DNA of 53,344 bases, counting the filler, from Squatina squatina (Eukaryota): the NCBI GenBank assembly GCA_031763465.1. It is 3 parts of 3 records of this genome, joined end to end, with 100 filler letters (N's around TTAATTAATTAA, not from the genome) between each part and the next. Parts side by side here need not be neighbours in the genome. Positions count along the whole stretch, not along the records: positions 21,996 to 39,197 come from JARFOE010000115.1; positions 39,298 to 53,344 come from JARFOE010000203.1; 1 more part is not named here. The stretch is one strand, 5' to 3'. The notes beneath the pieces were generated by a model. The model was not told the origin of the DNA. It ran no database searches and was given only the letters and a program-made list of their open reading frames with translations. The position numbers and the translations under genes were made by a program. The stretch's first letter is position 1. Each line of letters begins with the position of its first letter. This document shows, one piece after another, positions 38,080-49,745 of the stretch.

Positions 38080-38990
38080 AGATAAGGAAGCAATTTGGCC
38101 CATCTTAACTCATCCATCCAGAAAGATCCTAAAAGTCCTCCCATTGTTGCATCCAATTATTCCAGGGTTTTTGCTGCTTCTTGCTGGAACTCTGTATGAA
38201 GAACAATTTCCTGATATCAGTCATAAAATGACCTTTTTTACTCGTTTTAACCCTTGTTTCCTTGTTCTGTTCCTGAAATCGAAAATAATATTCTGTNNNN
38301 NNNNNNNNNNNNNNNNNNNNNNNNNNNNNNNNNNNNNNNNNNNNNNNNNNNNNNNNNNNNNNNNNNNNNNNNNNNNNNNNNNNNNNNNNNNNNNNNTCAA
38401 CAATATTGTATTTCATCTTGCTAGGTTTTTCAGAATCTCTTAAATTTGACCATCCTGCTGTTCCACATGCCTTGCTACCATCTGCAAACTTGTACATTAT
38501 AATTTGAATTCTTTCAGCAAGATCATTTGTAAGTACTGAATATTGTTAACAGCAGAGACCCTTGGACTGATCTCTGAGTTACTCAGCCAGTCATAGCTAT
38601 CCAATTAGAGCCAGCCCCATTGATCATTACCCTTTGTTTCTGGTTATTTAGCCAATTTATTATCCAATTTACAACATCTACCTTTATCCCAAGAGCATTC
38701 ACTTTACATACAAGTTTCTTTTCAGGTACTTTGTCAAACAGCTGCTGAAAATCTGAACATATAACATCAACCACATTACTCTTATCCACCATTTTGGTTA
38801 ATTTTTTCAAAGAATTCTAATAAATTTGTTAGGTACAACCTTTCATAAACTCATGCTGGCTTGGAATGATTGCCTTTTCTCTTGTTAAATGCCCTGAATT
38901 GATCTACTTGTAATACACTCCAATGTCTTTGCTGCTGTAAATATCACATAACAGGCCTCGAATTCCCAGGATCATGGTTTTGACTTTAAA
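38080..38990 (-). mobile_element. Old CR1 LINE RT fragment and 3' end
   Basis: VDVICSDFQQLFDKVP...NWIINWLNNQKQRV and YKFADGSK; tail gccatttggcccatc-like. Confidence 0.85.
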
Positions 38991-39241
38991 AATTGGAATA
39001 TTATCTAATTTATTAGCCATCAATTTAATGAGCTGCAAGAAAAAAAAATCAGGCATAACTCCCTCTACTTTGAACCTTGGTTCTTCTACTGTTCGTGGAT
39101 CTGTTGTAGCTGAGCAGTTTCTTTAAGAATATTAAGCACTCCAGTTTTCTGTACACATACACTTTTTTCCTATTCTAACTCTTAACAGGCATGGTTCNNN
39201 NNNNNNNNNNNNNNNNNNNNNNNNNNNNNNNNNNNNNNNNN

Positions 39242-39253
39242 TTAATTAATTAA
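39242..39253. other. Artificial scaffolding linker TTAATTAATTAA inside 44N+12+44N
   Basis: Same structure as 21940-21951. Confidence 0.9.
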
Positions 39254-39396
39254 NNNNNNNNNNNNNNNNNNNNNNNNNNNNNNNNNNNNNNNNNNNNATT
39301 CAAAACATAATTATAGGTATGGATTTGGGAGGTGACAACACGTTTAAGGACTGGAGTATCACTACAAACCTCACTGCTAAAGCTCATTGCTACTTA

Positions 39397-39510
<114 letters not shown>

Positions 39511-39619
39511 CTAAAGGTACAAAGTGCTTCAAAATTCCATGAGTGGATGGTTCAGTAAAATTTAATATTCATTTTCTCTAATTCACATTAGTGATTGGCA
39601 TATTCCCATGCAGAAATAA

Positions 39620-39960
39620 AAATCTTGAGTTAGCAGATAAGGCACAACAAATAGTTCAACCATAGAGATAAACCAACAGACTGAGAAGCTCCTAGATTCA
39701 ATCGCTCATCTGTGCCATTAGCTGCTCTAAATCAAGGCAGCAGTGGAACCGTTACAATTTGCCTCAGTCCCCTAGATTAGGGTAAGCAGACTGGATTCCT
39801 GCTCTTGATCATAATGCACTGACTTCTACATGAAGTTTTTGGTTGAGGATGAAATGAGGCTTGGCTCTGACCATCCCAGGGTCAAACAGTCTGCTGGCAC
39901 TCACTGTGGAGTGTCACACATGAATAAAAGACACTCGGATTGTCATCACCCATTGAAATG
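39620..39960 (+). mobile_element. Ancient SINE-like interspersed repeat
   Basis: tacaatttgcctcagtcccct...ggattcctgctcttgatc...ctcactgt...tcacacatgaa, recalled as a widespread shark repeat. Confidence 0.5.
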
Positions 39961-40407
39961 TACCCTCTCGAGGGAATCAACCACTGTTGAAGAAACTGTT
40001 GCACAACTGCTTATATTGTGTTTTGTTACAGACCTATAAATCACTGTTAATTAGTTGTGATCTATTAGTTTCACCAATCTTTGTGTATATATTTCCTTAC
40101 AACAAAAAATACAACATAATGTCAGTGGTGCAGTAAAGTGAACAACTAATAAAAGGGACTACAATAGCAAATGATAAAGGGAAATGACAGCATCCTTACA
40201 AGGTGACAAGATCACCCAGTCTTTATGAGACATATCATGGGTAATCTTACATTTGAGAAATCTTCCACTGGCATCAAGGACATAAAAATTACACTATCAT
40301 ATAATCATCTATAAATCCATCAGCACTATTGACACCGATAGTGAGTTGTCCAAGGTTGTTGCATATTTATCTTACAACATTTAAACGCATAAGTTAAGAA
40401 AACATAC

Positions 40408-40578
40408 CTCAGAGAATCGCTGCACATCCTGGGTCAAGGTCCCTACCCTACGCCAATGAAAATGTTTGAGGAACTTGACAACTGCAGGATTGACTGCATT
40501 ATCTGATGGAACTGTTCGAAAGAAATAGGGATATTTCTTCTTATCAGCTAGGACCGGTGTAGTTGCAGCGAAGGAAAG
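40408..40578 (-). CDS. GABBR2: GABA-B receptor subunit 2 Venus-flytrap-domain exon (171 bp; [57 protein letters not shown])
   Basis: ttcttacag acceptor, GAG|gtatgt donor, phase 0-0. Near-identical to recalled human GABBR2. Not in the ORF track. Confidence 0.95.
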
Positions 40579-40941
40579 CTGTAAGAAATATTAAGATATT
40601 GTCAGTAATTCAAAAAGAGCTATCTTCACATCATATAAACACTATTGTTGAGAACCATTTTATCAGAACCACAGATCCGCCTCCCCTGAAACAACTGACA
40701 TTATTATATCTGTGTCCAGCACTGAGTAGCAACATTCAGAAGGGATGATTTCAATCCAATGAAAGTATTGCACTAGTAAAATTTGAAGGGCCGAATGGCC
40801 TACTCCTGCTCCTATTTTNNNNNNNNNNNNNNNNNNNNNNNNNNNNNNNNNNNNNNNNNNNNNNNNNNNNNNNNNNNNNNNNNNNNNNNNNNNNNNNNNN
40901 NNNNNNNNNNNNNNNNNNAATAAACACCTGTGTTCTTTCAG

Positions 40942-41105
40942 ACAAAAAGTTGTTGCTGGAAATAGCAATGGCAAATGCTGATAAGTTATTGGGAAAGGAC
41001 AACGTTCGCTTGCCTCCTCATCTGAGACCTGCCAGTTCTCTCAAAGATGAGCGTTTTCATTTTGAAAAGTTTAACAGCGATGCAGGAAAAGAACTGACCA
41101 GAAGG
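40942..41105 (+). CDS. RSRP1: RSRP1 exon (164 bp; DKKLLLEIAMANADKLLGKDNVRLPPHLRP...KELTRR)
   Basis: ttctttcag acceptor, AGG|gtgagt donor. LLEIAxANA...LPxxL motif is shared by RSRP1 and SON; adjacency to SYF2 favours RSRP1. Confidence 0.8.
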
Positions 41106-41484
41106 GTGAGTGATTGTATAATATAATAAAATGCAAGTTCTAATTGCATGTCTAAATGTAGAAGAAGGTCTCCTAATATTTGAACACCCACTCTCTTGAG
41201 ATGGGTTGTATGAGCTTGGTTCTTAAAGTGGCTACCGTCAATTTACCCACGTTTTGACTCTCTTGCAGACTGGTCTTCCTGCGGTGGGGTAGAATAAATT
41301 TTGTGAGTTGTATTCTTTTTCTAGCTGAACTGTTGCATTGGTTTATTATCCAAATTACTCTTTGATCGAGTGTGGTTTTATTCTCAGAAGTAATATTGCT
41401 GAAGGAGCACAACTGCAAGATACTTGCAGCATGTAGCCATTCCTAACAAGCAATAGTAGAAAATGTTTTATGCTGTAAAAAGAA

Positions 41485-41555
41485 CTTGATAGTGCCTTTT
41501 GCAACATCAAGATGTCCCCAGATGCTTTACAGCCTATTAAGTAATGTAGGAGATT
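41485..41555 (-). mobile_element. DeuSINE/L2-type 3' tail fragment
   Basis: atagtgccttt...gatgtcccca..gctttacagcc, a decayed reverse complement of the tail at 49627-49745. Confidence 0.55.
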
Positions 41556-43197
41556 GTACGGTACAGTAATGAAAATTCAGCTCTGCTGTAGTTTTTTTTG
41601 TCAGCGTGTCATTCAAACACATCCCATACATAAAACTGTAAAATCGGTTTGCGTGACTTGATTTATTTCTGTTTTATAGAAGCCTCGAAATGGACTGCAC
41701 TTCTTGAAGATGTGAGGTGGTGGTATCTTTGTATCTGCGTGTGCAGTGTTTGGGGGCAGCTTGGACAATGTAGTATGAAAGGGACAATTGGCTTTCTAAA
41801 GCTCTGCTGTAAATAGAACAGTGGCACTGTATTCCCACTGCTATATATGAAGCGAGAAAGCTCTAAGATCTCAAGTGTGGTGGTGAAATGTCACTATTGT
41901 GAATATTGGTTTTCCACACATCTCCTGTGACCGAGGGATAAAGCATATGGCTCTGTTCCAGGACAATCAGTTGCCTGCCCACCATAAGGTGTGGAAGAAT
42001 AAACCACTACATCAGCTTTTACTGCCCCATCTCTTGTTTTTTTGTGGGTGGGAGATCTGTGAACTCTGAGCCATCTACTTCTAGAAGTAAGGTCAAAATG
42101 GGGATTTGAGGAGAATGGGGGAACTGGGTCTGTATCATGCCACTCAGAAGACAAGGCAGTACAGTATGTTAGTACTTCAATACACTATATATTGTCTCCT
42201 ATTTCTGAAGGAAATTGCCATGATGCATCTTAATTCTGGCACTCCATAATGATATTTAGTATAATAAAATCTTACTGTGGACATAAGTAGCAAGTGAACC
42301 ATTCCTCCACTGTCAATGTATATAGGACCATGATGCTNNNNNNNNNNNNNNNNNNNNNNNNNNNNNNNNNNNNNNNNNNNNNNNNNNNNNNNNNNNNNNN
42401 NNNNNNNNNNNNNNNNNNNNNNNNNNNNNNNNNNNNNNNNNNNNNNNNNNNNNNNNNNNNNNNNNNNNNNNNNNNNNNNNNNNNNNNNNNNNNNNNNNNN
42501 NNNNNNNNNNNNNNNNNNNNNNNNNNNNNNNNNNNNNNNNNNNNNNNNNNNNNNNNNNNNNNNNNNNNNNNNNNNNNNNNNNNNNNNNNNNNNNNNNNNN
42601 NNNNNNNNNNNNNNNNNNNNNNNNNNNNNNNNNNNNNNNNNNNNNNNNNNNNNNNNNNNNNNNNNNNNNNNNNNNNNNNNNNNNNNNNNNNNNNNNNNNN
42701 NNNNNNNNNNNNNNNNNNNNNNNNNNNNNNNNNNNNNNNNNNNNNNNNNNNNNNNNNNNNNNNNNNNNNNNNNNNNNNNNNNNNNNNNNNNNNNNNNNNN
42801 NNNNNNNNNNNNNNNNNNNNNNNNNNNNNNNNNNNNNNNNNNNNNNNNNNNNNNNNNNNNNNNNNNNNNNNNNNNNNNNNNNNNNNNNNNNNNNNNNNNN
42901 NNNNNNNNNNNNNNNNNNNNNNNNNNNNNNNNNNNNNNNNNNNNNNNNNNNNNNNNNNNNNNNNNNNNNNNNNNNNNNNNNNNNNNNNNNNNNNNNNNNN
43001 NNNNNNNNNNNNNNNNNNNNNNNNNNNNNNNNNNNNNNNNNNNNNNNNNNNNNNNNNNNNNNNNNNNNNNNNNNNNNNNNNNNNNNNNNNNNNNNNNNNN
43101 NNNNNNNNNNNNNNNNNNNNNNNNNNNNNNNNNNNNNNNNNNNNNNNNNNNNNNNNNNNNNNNNNNNNNNNNNNNNNNNNNNNNNNNNNNNNNNNNN

Positions 43198-43826
43198 GCG
43201 CTCTCTGTGGAGAGAGGTTTGCCTTGTTCAATTATGCAAGTGATTTCAGCGCTTTATAGTGGGAAATCTCTAATGTGATCTGCTGTAACGTCAACAATCT
43301 GTCTAAGCAGCCAATCGCAATGCAGAATTCTCACAGGCAGGAAATGAGAACCTGCTTTTATCCCAACTTTTTAAAAATGTTAGAGAGCAAAACAAAGATT
43401 GGGGCTCTCACATGGGGATAAGGTAGAACCCGAAATGTCATGAACAAACTTTAAAAAATTAAAAAGAAAAATCTAAAATTGTAGTTTTTACCATAATGAA
43501 GAAATTTGACACTCCACAAAATTAAAATTAGTTTTTCAGGGCCATAACGTTTGGTTAGCAGTTAAAACACTAGTTACTGAATTTAACCATGATTTTACCA
43601 TAGAAAAGCCCAAGTTTCCATCAGTTTCGCTGATTACACTGATTGGGGGATGGGGTGGGGAGGGGAGGGGGCGCCCACAGCGCAGCCAGTGTCAGAACAG
43701 TGAATGACTGACCGCAACTTCAGGATTCCGCGTTTAGATTCGCGCGCGCTACATGCTGAAGTTGTGGTCAATTTCAACGCTGAACACTGTTAGTTTGCCA
43801 TTATTGCTCACTGCAGATTCTGTCCC
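43198..43826. mobile_element. Non-autonomous DNA transposon, right part
   Basis: Ends ...cattattgctcactgcagattctgtccc; its reverse complement resembles the terminus at 26099 (gggccagattatgctg...aataacagtg). Confidence 0.5.
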
Positions 43827-45146
43827 GTGATGTTTTTAAGCACAGGCCAAACTATGTACTTTCCAATGTTTACATTCTGGGGTGTCAGGAAGATGAGACA
43901 TTGCATTTCATATAATGGCATATTGACATGGTAAAGTTGCTCTTCTGATTTTTGGGCTCAAAGATGTTGGAGCAGCACAGAAGGATCTTTACTCTGCAAC
44001 TGGTCCATCCTTTCCTTGACCTTGGAGTGCTTGATCTGATACTGGGTCCAAAAGCACAACTGTCACTTCCATGCTTTGTGCTATATAATCCTACTTCACA
44101 AAATCTATGGTCTGGAACAGTTAAAGTATTAATCATTACTGAAGTACGTATAACTCTGACCAGATCTTGAACTGTTCCACCCAACACATCACATCATTAA
44201 ATATTAGCACGTCATTTATTAGTTAATGCAAAATTTCTTATTTCCTGCACTTGCCCTTGCTGAGGCATGTGAAGTTGAGGTTTGACTAGATGCTGCTGTT
44301 GGATTCAGTATTGGCCATGCATAAACTTTGTTCTAGGATTTCCTTGTCTTCATAACTTATTCACTGTGTTCCAGGAGGTTTTGAATATCAGATCTTTGCC
44401 GAAGAAGAGGCCAACAGTTTTTGAAGATAAGTTTATCGGCTTTTATAGCCTAGAATATACCATATCAACACAGCTGCATACAGTTGTACATTTGTAGTCA
44501 CGTTTAGCACATTACTGAAATTGCTCAGAAGCATTTTGAGCTCTGAAGTTGAAGTCGTCATTGAACTGACTAAATGTTCAGTGGTAATTCACATTGATCT
44601 GAGTCATTGTTGATTACACTGAAGCAATTGGTGCCCATTAAGCTTGATCAGTAGATCAGAAATGCTGGACATTTAAAGCTTTGTACTGTGTTCAATTGAA
44701 TTGAAAATACCCAAGAGTACTATTACACAAGTGCCAACCATGAGTATTGCAGAGACAGAGCTCTGGGGGTTGATCAATGTGTCACAATAGCTGACAAAAA
44801 TTAGCCTACACCAGGCCCCTCTCTCTTCAGTGCTACTGCTACTAGAATCTAAACCAAAAAAATTCTCAAATGTAAAGTGAAAAGGCAAGTTTAGCCATTT
44901 TAACCTAACAACNNNNNNNNNNGTGCCAAACCACAAGGAACAATAGCAACTCTTCAGATTCTACCACATCAGGTAGAACAGTGACACTTATTATTCAAAA
45001 GCCAGTGTTGTAATGTTGGGTCTGTCCAACCAATGCTACAAATGTTTCACCCTGAAGACACTGTCTGAATGTCAGTCACCGTTTGCACTAGATTGGCTCC
45101 TGTTCTTAAAATTAACCTGTGGGCTTTCTGTTTTTTCTTTGTGCAG

Positions 45147-45242
45147 AAATACAAAGAAGCTGAAGAGGATGAACCAGTTCAGAAATTGCAAAGTGCCACT
45201 GCAAGGTTGGAAACAAATCACTGGATAGCTTTCAGTGTGAAA
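45147..45242 (+). CDS. RSRP1: RSRP1 penultimate coding exon (96 bp; KYKEAEEDEPVQKLQSATARLETNHWIAFSVK)
   Basis: Strong ttttttctttgtgcag acceptor, AAA|gtaagt donor, phase 0-0, in frame with the previous exon. IAFS ending resembles human RSRP1 SIAFSSN. Confidence 0.7.
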
Positions 45243-45525
45243 GTAAGTATATAAACAATACAGGGTTGCATTCTTGGCCATCATCTAAGTTTTGGGTTAT
45301 TGCTTGTAAACTTTGGATTAGGAAAATTTATTTAGTTGAAAAATTTGCACCATTGGCCAAGCACAGTATGCATTTCTTTCTAATGATCTGATACTGCAGT
45401 TACATGCTATCTACTGGTTGTACGCNNNNNNNNNNNNNNNNNNNNNNNNNNNNNNNNNNNNNNNNNNNNNNNNNNNNNNNNNNNNNNNNNNNNNNNNNNN
45501 NNNNNNNNNNNNNNNNNNNNNNNNN

Positions 45526-45627
45526 TCTGCCTTCTTGTTGAAGTTAGCATTTCTTTCATTAATGTAGTCAATGTCAGCATCGTCGTTGTAACGCCGACGC
45601 CTGCTGTATTTGGCACGCTTCTCAATT
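45526..45627 (-). CDS. SYF2: SYF2 last coding exon, truncated by gap ([33 protein letters not shown])
   Basis: tttcttttttcag acceptor; canonical SYF2 C-terminal motif DIDYINERN. In frame with the upstream exon (CA|A = Gln). Confidence 0.95.
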
Positions 45628-46323
45628 CTGAAAAAAGAAATTAAACTTTGTACTACTGCGAATAACAAAACAAAGCAAAGCAGTGATATCCCAAGAATTG
45701 CCCAGTAGAAATTTCCGTTATCTGCTAACCTGAAACACATAATTGATGCTAACATGGCAAAGACTGTATCTTGGTTGAAAGATGTGTATTTACAGACAAT
45801 AATGACTAATTTCACTAAATACATTTGGCAGGTAACAGAACTGGTGATCTTTACAGTTTCCTTATGGCTCCCGAGGGAGACATTATAAATGAGAGGTACC
45901 TATACTTCAGAAATACTGCAATTGTGCAGTACATCTGACTGCCGTGTATTCTGGCAGCCGGGTTAGCCCCTGAAGCGTTTTCTTCAATAGCTGTAATTAG
46001 AACTTTAAAGGAAAAAATTCATTGGGCTTGGGGGAGGGTGGGGTGATGGGTGGTGAGGAGCACTTTCAGAAAAGTACTCCTCTCAAAAGGACTGTAAAAG
46101 AACAACCTTATTTGTTCCAGTTCAGTAACACCCTCTTGGAGACCCACTGTGTTGGGTTTCCTGGCCGGAAAGGAGTTGCTTGGATAATATATTCAACGGA
46201 TTTGTTTCCTGACAGCTGTCATTNNNNNNNNNNNNNNNNNNNNNNNNNNNNNNNNNNNNNNNNNNNNNNNNNNNNNNNNNNNNNNNNNNNNNNNNNNNNN
46301 NNNNNNNNNNNNNNNNNNNNNNN

Positions 46324-46438
46324 TCTAATTCAATTTCTAGCATTTTCACCCGTTTTGTAAAGTCATTCTGGTCTTTCTCTGCCTGGCGCTGCACTTCCCG
46401 TTTTTCCTTCATGAGCTTTTCAGTCTCCTCTAGTAGTT
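46324..46438 (-). CDS. AKAP9: AKAP9 (AKAP450) coiled-coil exon fragment, truncated by gap (LLEETEKLMKEKREVQRQAEKDQNDFTKRVKMLEIEL)
   Basis: atgaacag acceptor. Matches recalled human AKAP9 LLQETEKLMKEKLEVQCQAEK...VKALEIDV better than the paralogue pericentrin. Confidence 0.75.
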
Positions 46439-47826
46439 CTGTTCATAAAATAAAAACCCATTAATTGTTGTGTTCATAATAGTAAGGTAAACCATGTAAC
46501 CAGACCCAAGATGCTTGTTCTATAATGGCGTCTCCAAAAGCCTTACCAAGATTCCCCATCACCTACCTCTGTAGCAAACGTGAAGAACCACAAGCATTTT
46601 ATGTAATCAAGTTGTTAGAAGAGTGCAGAAAATTTGAAAAGAATTCATGTTAGTTAAGCTCAAATTATGCACCACAGCTAGTATGAATCCAATGTCAACC
46701 ATCATCTTTTTAAAAAATCTAAATGGGAGCTAAACCGGATTATCTTCAATAGGCTTTTGCTCTTAACATCTTAAGAACCCTAAAAATATGTTGACACAAA
46801 GAGTGGCATTTAGCCATTATTTTCTCCCCATTGTGTACCATCGAAATGTTTCAGATGTTATGCCTTATTACTTTGGTGAATTAAAATTTACAGAAAAATC
46901 CCTTTACATTAAAAAGTGATAGAAAACTTGTTTTCTCAACTAGAAATTGGCAGGGAGAGCACTATGAATTTTATTTTTAAACAGTTTTTGAGATTAAATA
47001 TAACTGTTAGAAGATATGGTTTCTTGTCTATTAAATGTCTCAAATGATATTTTTTTTAAAAAGATGATTTTATTTTAATGATCTCATATTTGCTCCTTTT
47101 CATTTGGTTTCCTTTTGCCTTGGGCACTAAGACTGCTCCTTCCTGGTCAGTATGTTGAAGCTACCCACTGGATCAACTCTCTGAGCTATCAAGGAGTCCA
47201 TGCATTTAGCTTCACGAAACTGCCATTGCATATTTGAGATCGGTAGCACTTTGTTTCCTGACAGCTGTCATTGAGACAAGATGGGGAATTAGCTCCTTCC
47301 AGAGTTCTGGATGCCAACCCTGGCACTGGAAAACAACTCCAACATTCAGAACTAGCCAACAGCCCCATAGGGCCTGTCCAGAAATTTGATGCACATTCCT
47401 CAACGAGTCTGCAGATCAGAACAACTTTTAAATTGGGAGTCTTCCAGCAAAACAGAGACACAACAGGTATGCTAGCTAATTATAAATACAGCAGACACTA
47501 ATCCCTGGCAGCATCAGATAAAACAATTTAAAACTGCAAACTATTACAGCACACACCTGGAATTAGCTAGTAATTGCTCTAGTGTACAGTCACACCTGTT
47601 TAATGTTACAGTAAGACACCGCAAGCTGATTAAAGCACGAGGTGATAGCTAAATTCTTTTAAGCAGCACTCTGTCAGTTTCCAGCAAAGCATTATTACAA
47701 CCACAATAACCATTAGTATCTATCATTAGGGCTTTTCTGCCCTTCCAGTTCTGCAAGATGAGCTCCTGGTATATTGTGTATATTTTACAAACACATAACA
47801 GATAATATAGCATTAAAAACACTCAC

Positions 47827-47925
47827 TGTTTTTCAACGTCTGCCACCAGCCTGTCCACGCCTGTTTTGGACGGAACATGGGTGCCATGCAATAGACTGTT
47901 TGCAGTTGCGTAGAACTCCTCCCCA
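47827..47925 (-). CDS. SYF2: SYF2 penultimate coding exon (99 bp; [33 protein letters not shown])
   Basis: ccaacag acceptor, CA|gtgagt donor. Matches human [19 protein letters not shown]...IDRMVIDLEKQ. Confidence 0.95.
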
Positions 47926-48384
47926 CTGTTGGTAAGAAATACAAAAACAAGCCCCCTTAGCACAGGTAGAAAGATGTTTTTAACCCCAATAATAATAGAA
48001 AAGCAAGTAATACTCTCAGTGATTCCACTGTGATATCATTGGAGGTGCTTTTGGTAACCAAACAATCCAAATGTAATGTTAAGAACTGTTCATGAGAAAG
48101 AAAAAGTACAATCTAAATAGAAAATCTTAACGATCATCAGATTTATTCAGATCATCAGAGGTTTTCTGACATTAGTATCTGTGGCACTAAGATTCAGGCT
48201 TAGTCAGATGTGATGCCCTCAAGTCAAATAGGCTATTACATTCACTTTCTAGGTGCACATGTTAAAATGGCCCATTGGGGAAAGCACAGAGGGCAGCTTG
48301 CACCTACGACGGTACTCCAAACAACAGTCAGTACCTTCATGACCTCAGTCTCCTGTTCGAGCCCAAGCTGCGCTTCTGACACTA

Positions 48385-48635
48385 TACTCTGCTCACAAAG
48401 AGTGGCTATGTACACCTCTAACGTTGCTTGCCTCTGTCCATCTGCTGCTGAAATCCTCATCTATGCCTCTGTCACCTCCAGATTTGACTATTCAAATACT
48501 GTAAACTTCAGCTCATCCTACGTCCTGTCCTGCATCGTCTCACTCAACCATCACCCCGGTGCTACATTTGTTCCTTGTCCCCCGTCCCCCAAAGCTTCAA
48601 ATTTAAAATTCTCATCCTCATACTTTAATCCTTTC
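48385..48635 (+). mobile_element. L2 LINE ORF2 fragment
   Basis: AAEILIYASVTSRFDYSN, the L2 thumb motif. Confidence 0.75.
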
Positions 48636-49626
48636 NNNNNNNNNNNNNNNNNNNNNNNNNNNNNNNNNNNNNNNNNNNNNNNNNNNNNNNNNNNNNNNNN
48701 NNNNNNNNNNNNNNNNNNNNNNNNNNNNNNNNNNNCACGACTCCCGGAATCCACTAGTCTTGCTCTGCAACTCCCCTGAATGCCACATAAGGCTAACATT
48801 AGCCTTAATGAATGGGAAATTGTGTCAAGCATCAACCTAGTATGTTGACCCTGGTGTCCATATTTCTTGCCACAATAAGCTCTGCTCTGGGAGCATTACA
48901 TTGTAAAGTTCACCCCCAAAATAGTAGTCAAGGATGAGGGAAAGCTCTTAAGCTCATTACAGCTCATCTCTCTAAAAGACTTAGCCAAGAATTTTTGAAT
49001 ATCCCAATTTCTTTGTGTTTACCACAATGCCTTGCAAATAATTTCAAACATTTGTCAACCTTTGAATAGAGAAATAGGGCCCAAAAATTCACAGGCCCAA
49101 CATCCATGTAAGTGCCAGGATGCACCTGGTCATGAACTTCATTGCTGACCCTGCCAAAGTATGAGGGATGAGGGCAAGACATCTCCTTTAAATATGCTCG
49201 GTGGGCTCTTATGCCACCAGAGGCACACCTTGCCAGATAGGGAGGCTGAAAGATGGGATGATGACTAGCTGCCCTGGGAGACCTCCTCGGAAACCTCGTC
49301 CCTTTTACATGGAGGCCGAAATGCTTCAAAAAAGTAAATCTTCAGGGACTAGGCCAAGTCCCAGGCTTAGATCCCCAGGTAGGCAGCACATCCACAGGTC
49401 GGCAGGCTGGTACCCCTGATTTCACTCAGTTCTGCTAGGCCTGGGATGAGGAAATTCCTGGTCTGAGGACCCCAACCTTGGCCACATCCCCTCTGATGCC
49501 GTTGCCCCCATTTGGGGAAAGTGGTGTCCTCATCTAATTCCTAGCCATTCCACCACACTCTTATTGGACTTATAACAAAGGAAGGCTTGCTGAAGTTTAG
49601 CCCCATCCTTTCTAATGTCTATATGA

Positions 49627-49745
49627 AATTGGCTGCCACGTTTCCTACAGTAGAACAGTAACTACACTTTAAAAATGCTTCATTTGTCGTATAGTTCTTT
49701 GGGACGTCCTGAGGCCATGAAAGGCGCTATATAAATGTAAGTCCT
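49627..49745 (+). mobile_element. DeuSINE 3' part
   Basis: aaattggctgccacgtttcctaca...ctttgggacgtcctgaggccatgaaaggcgctatataaatg. Confidence 0.8.
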
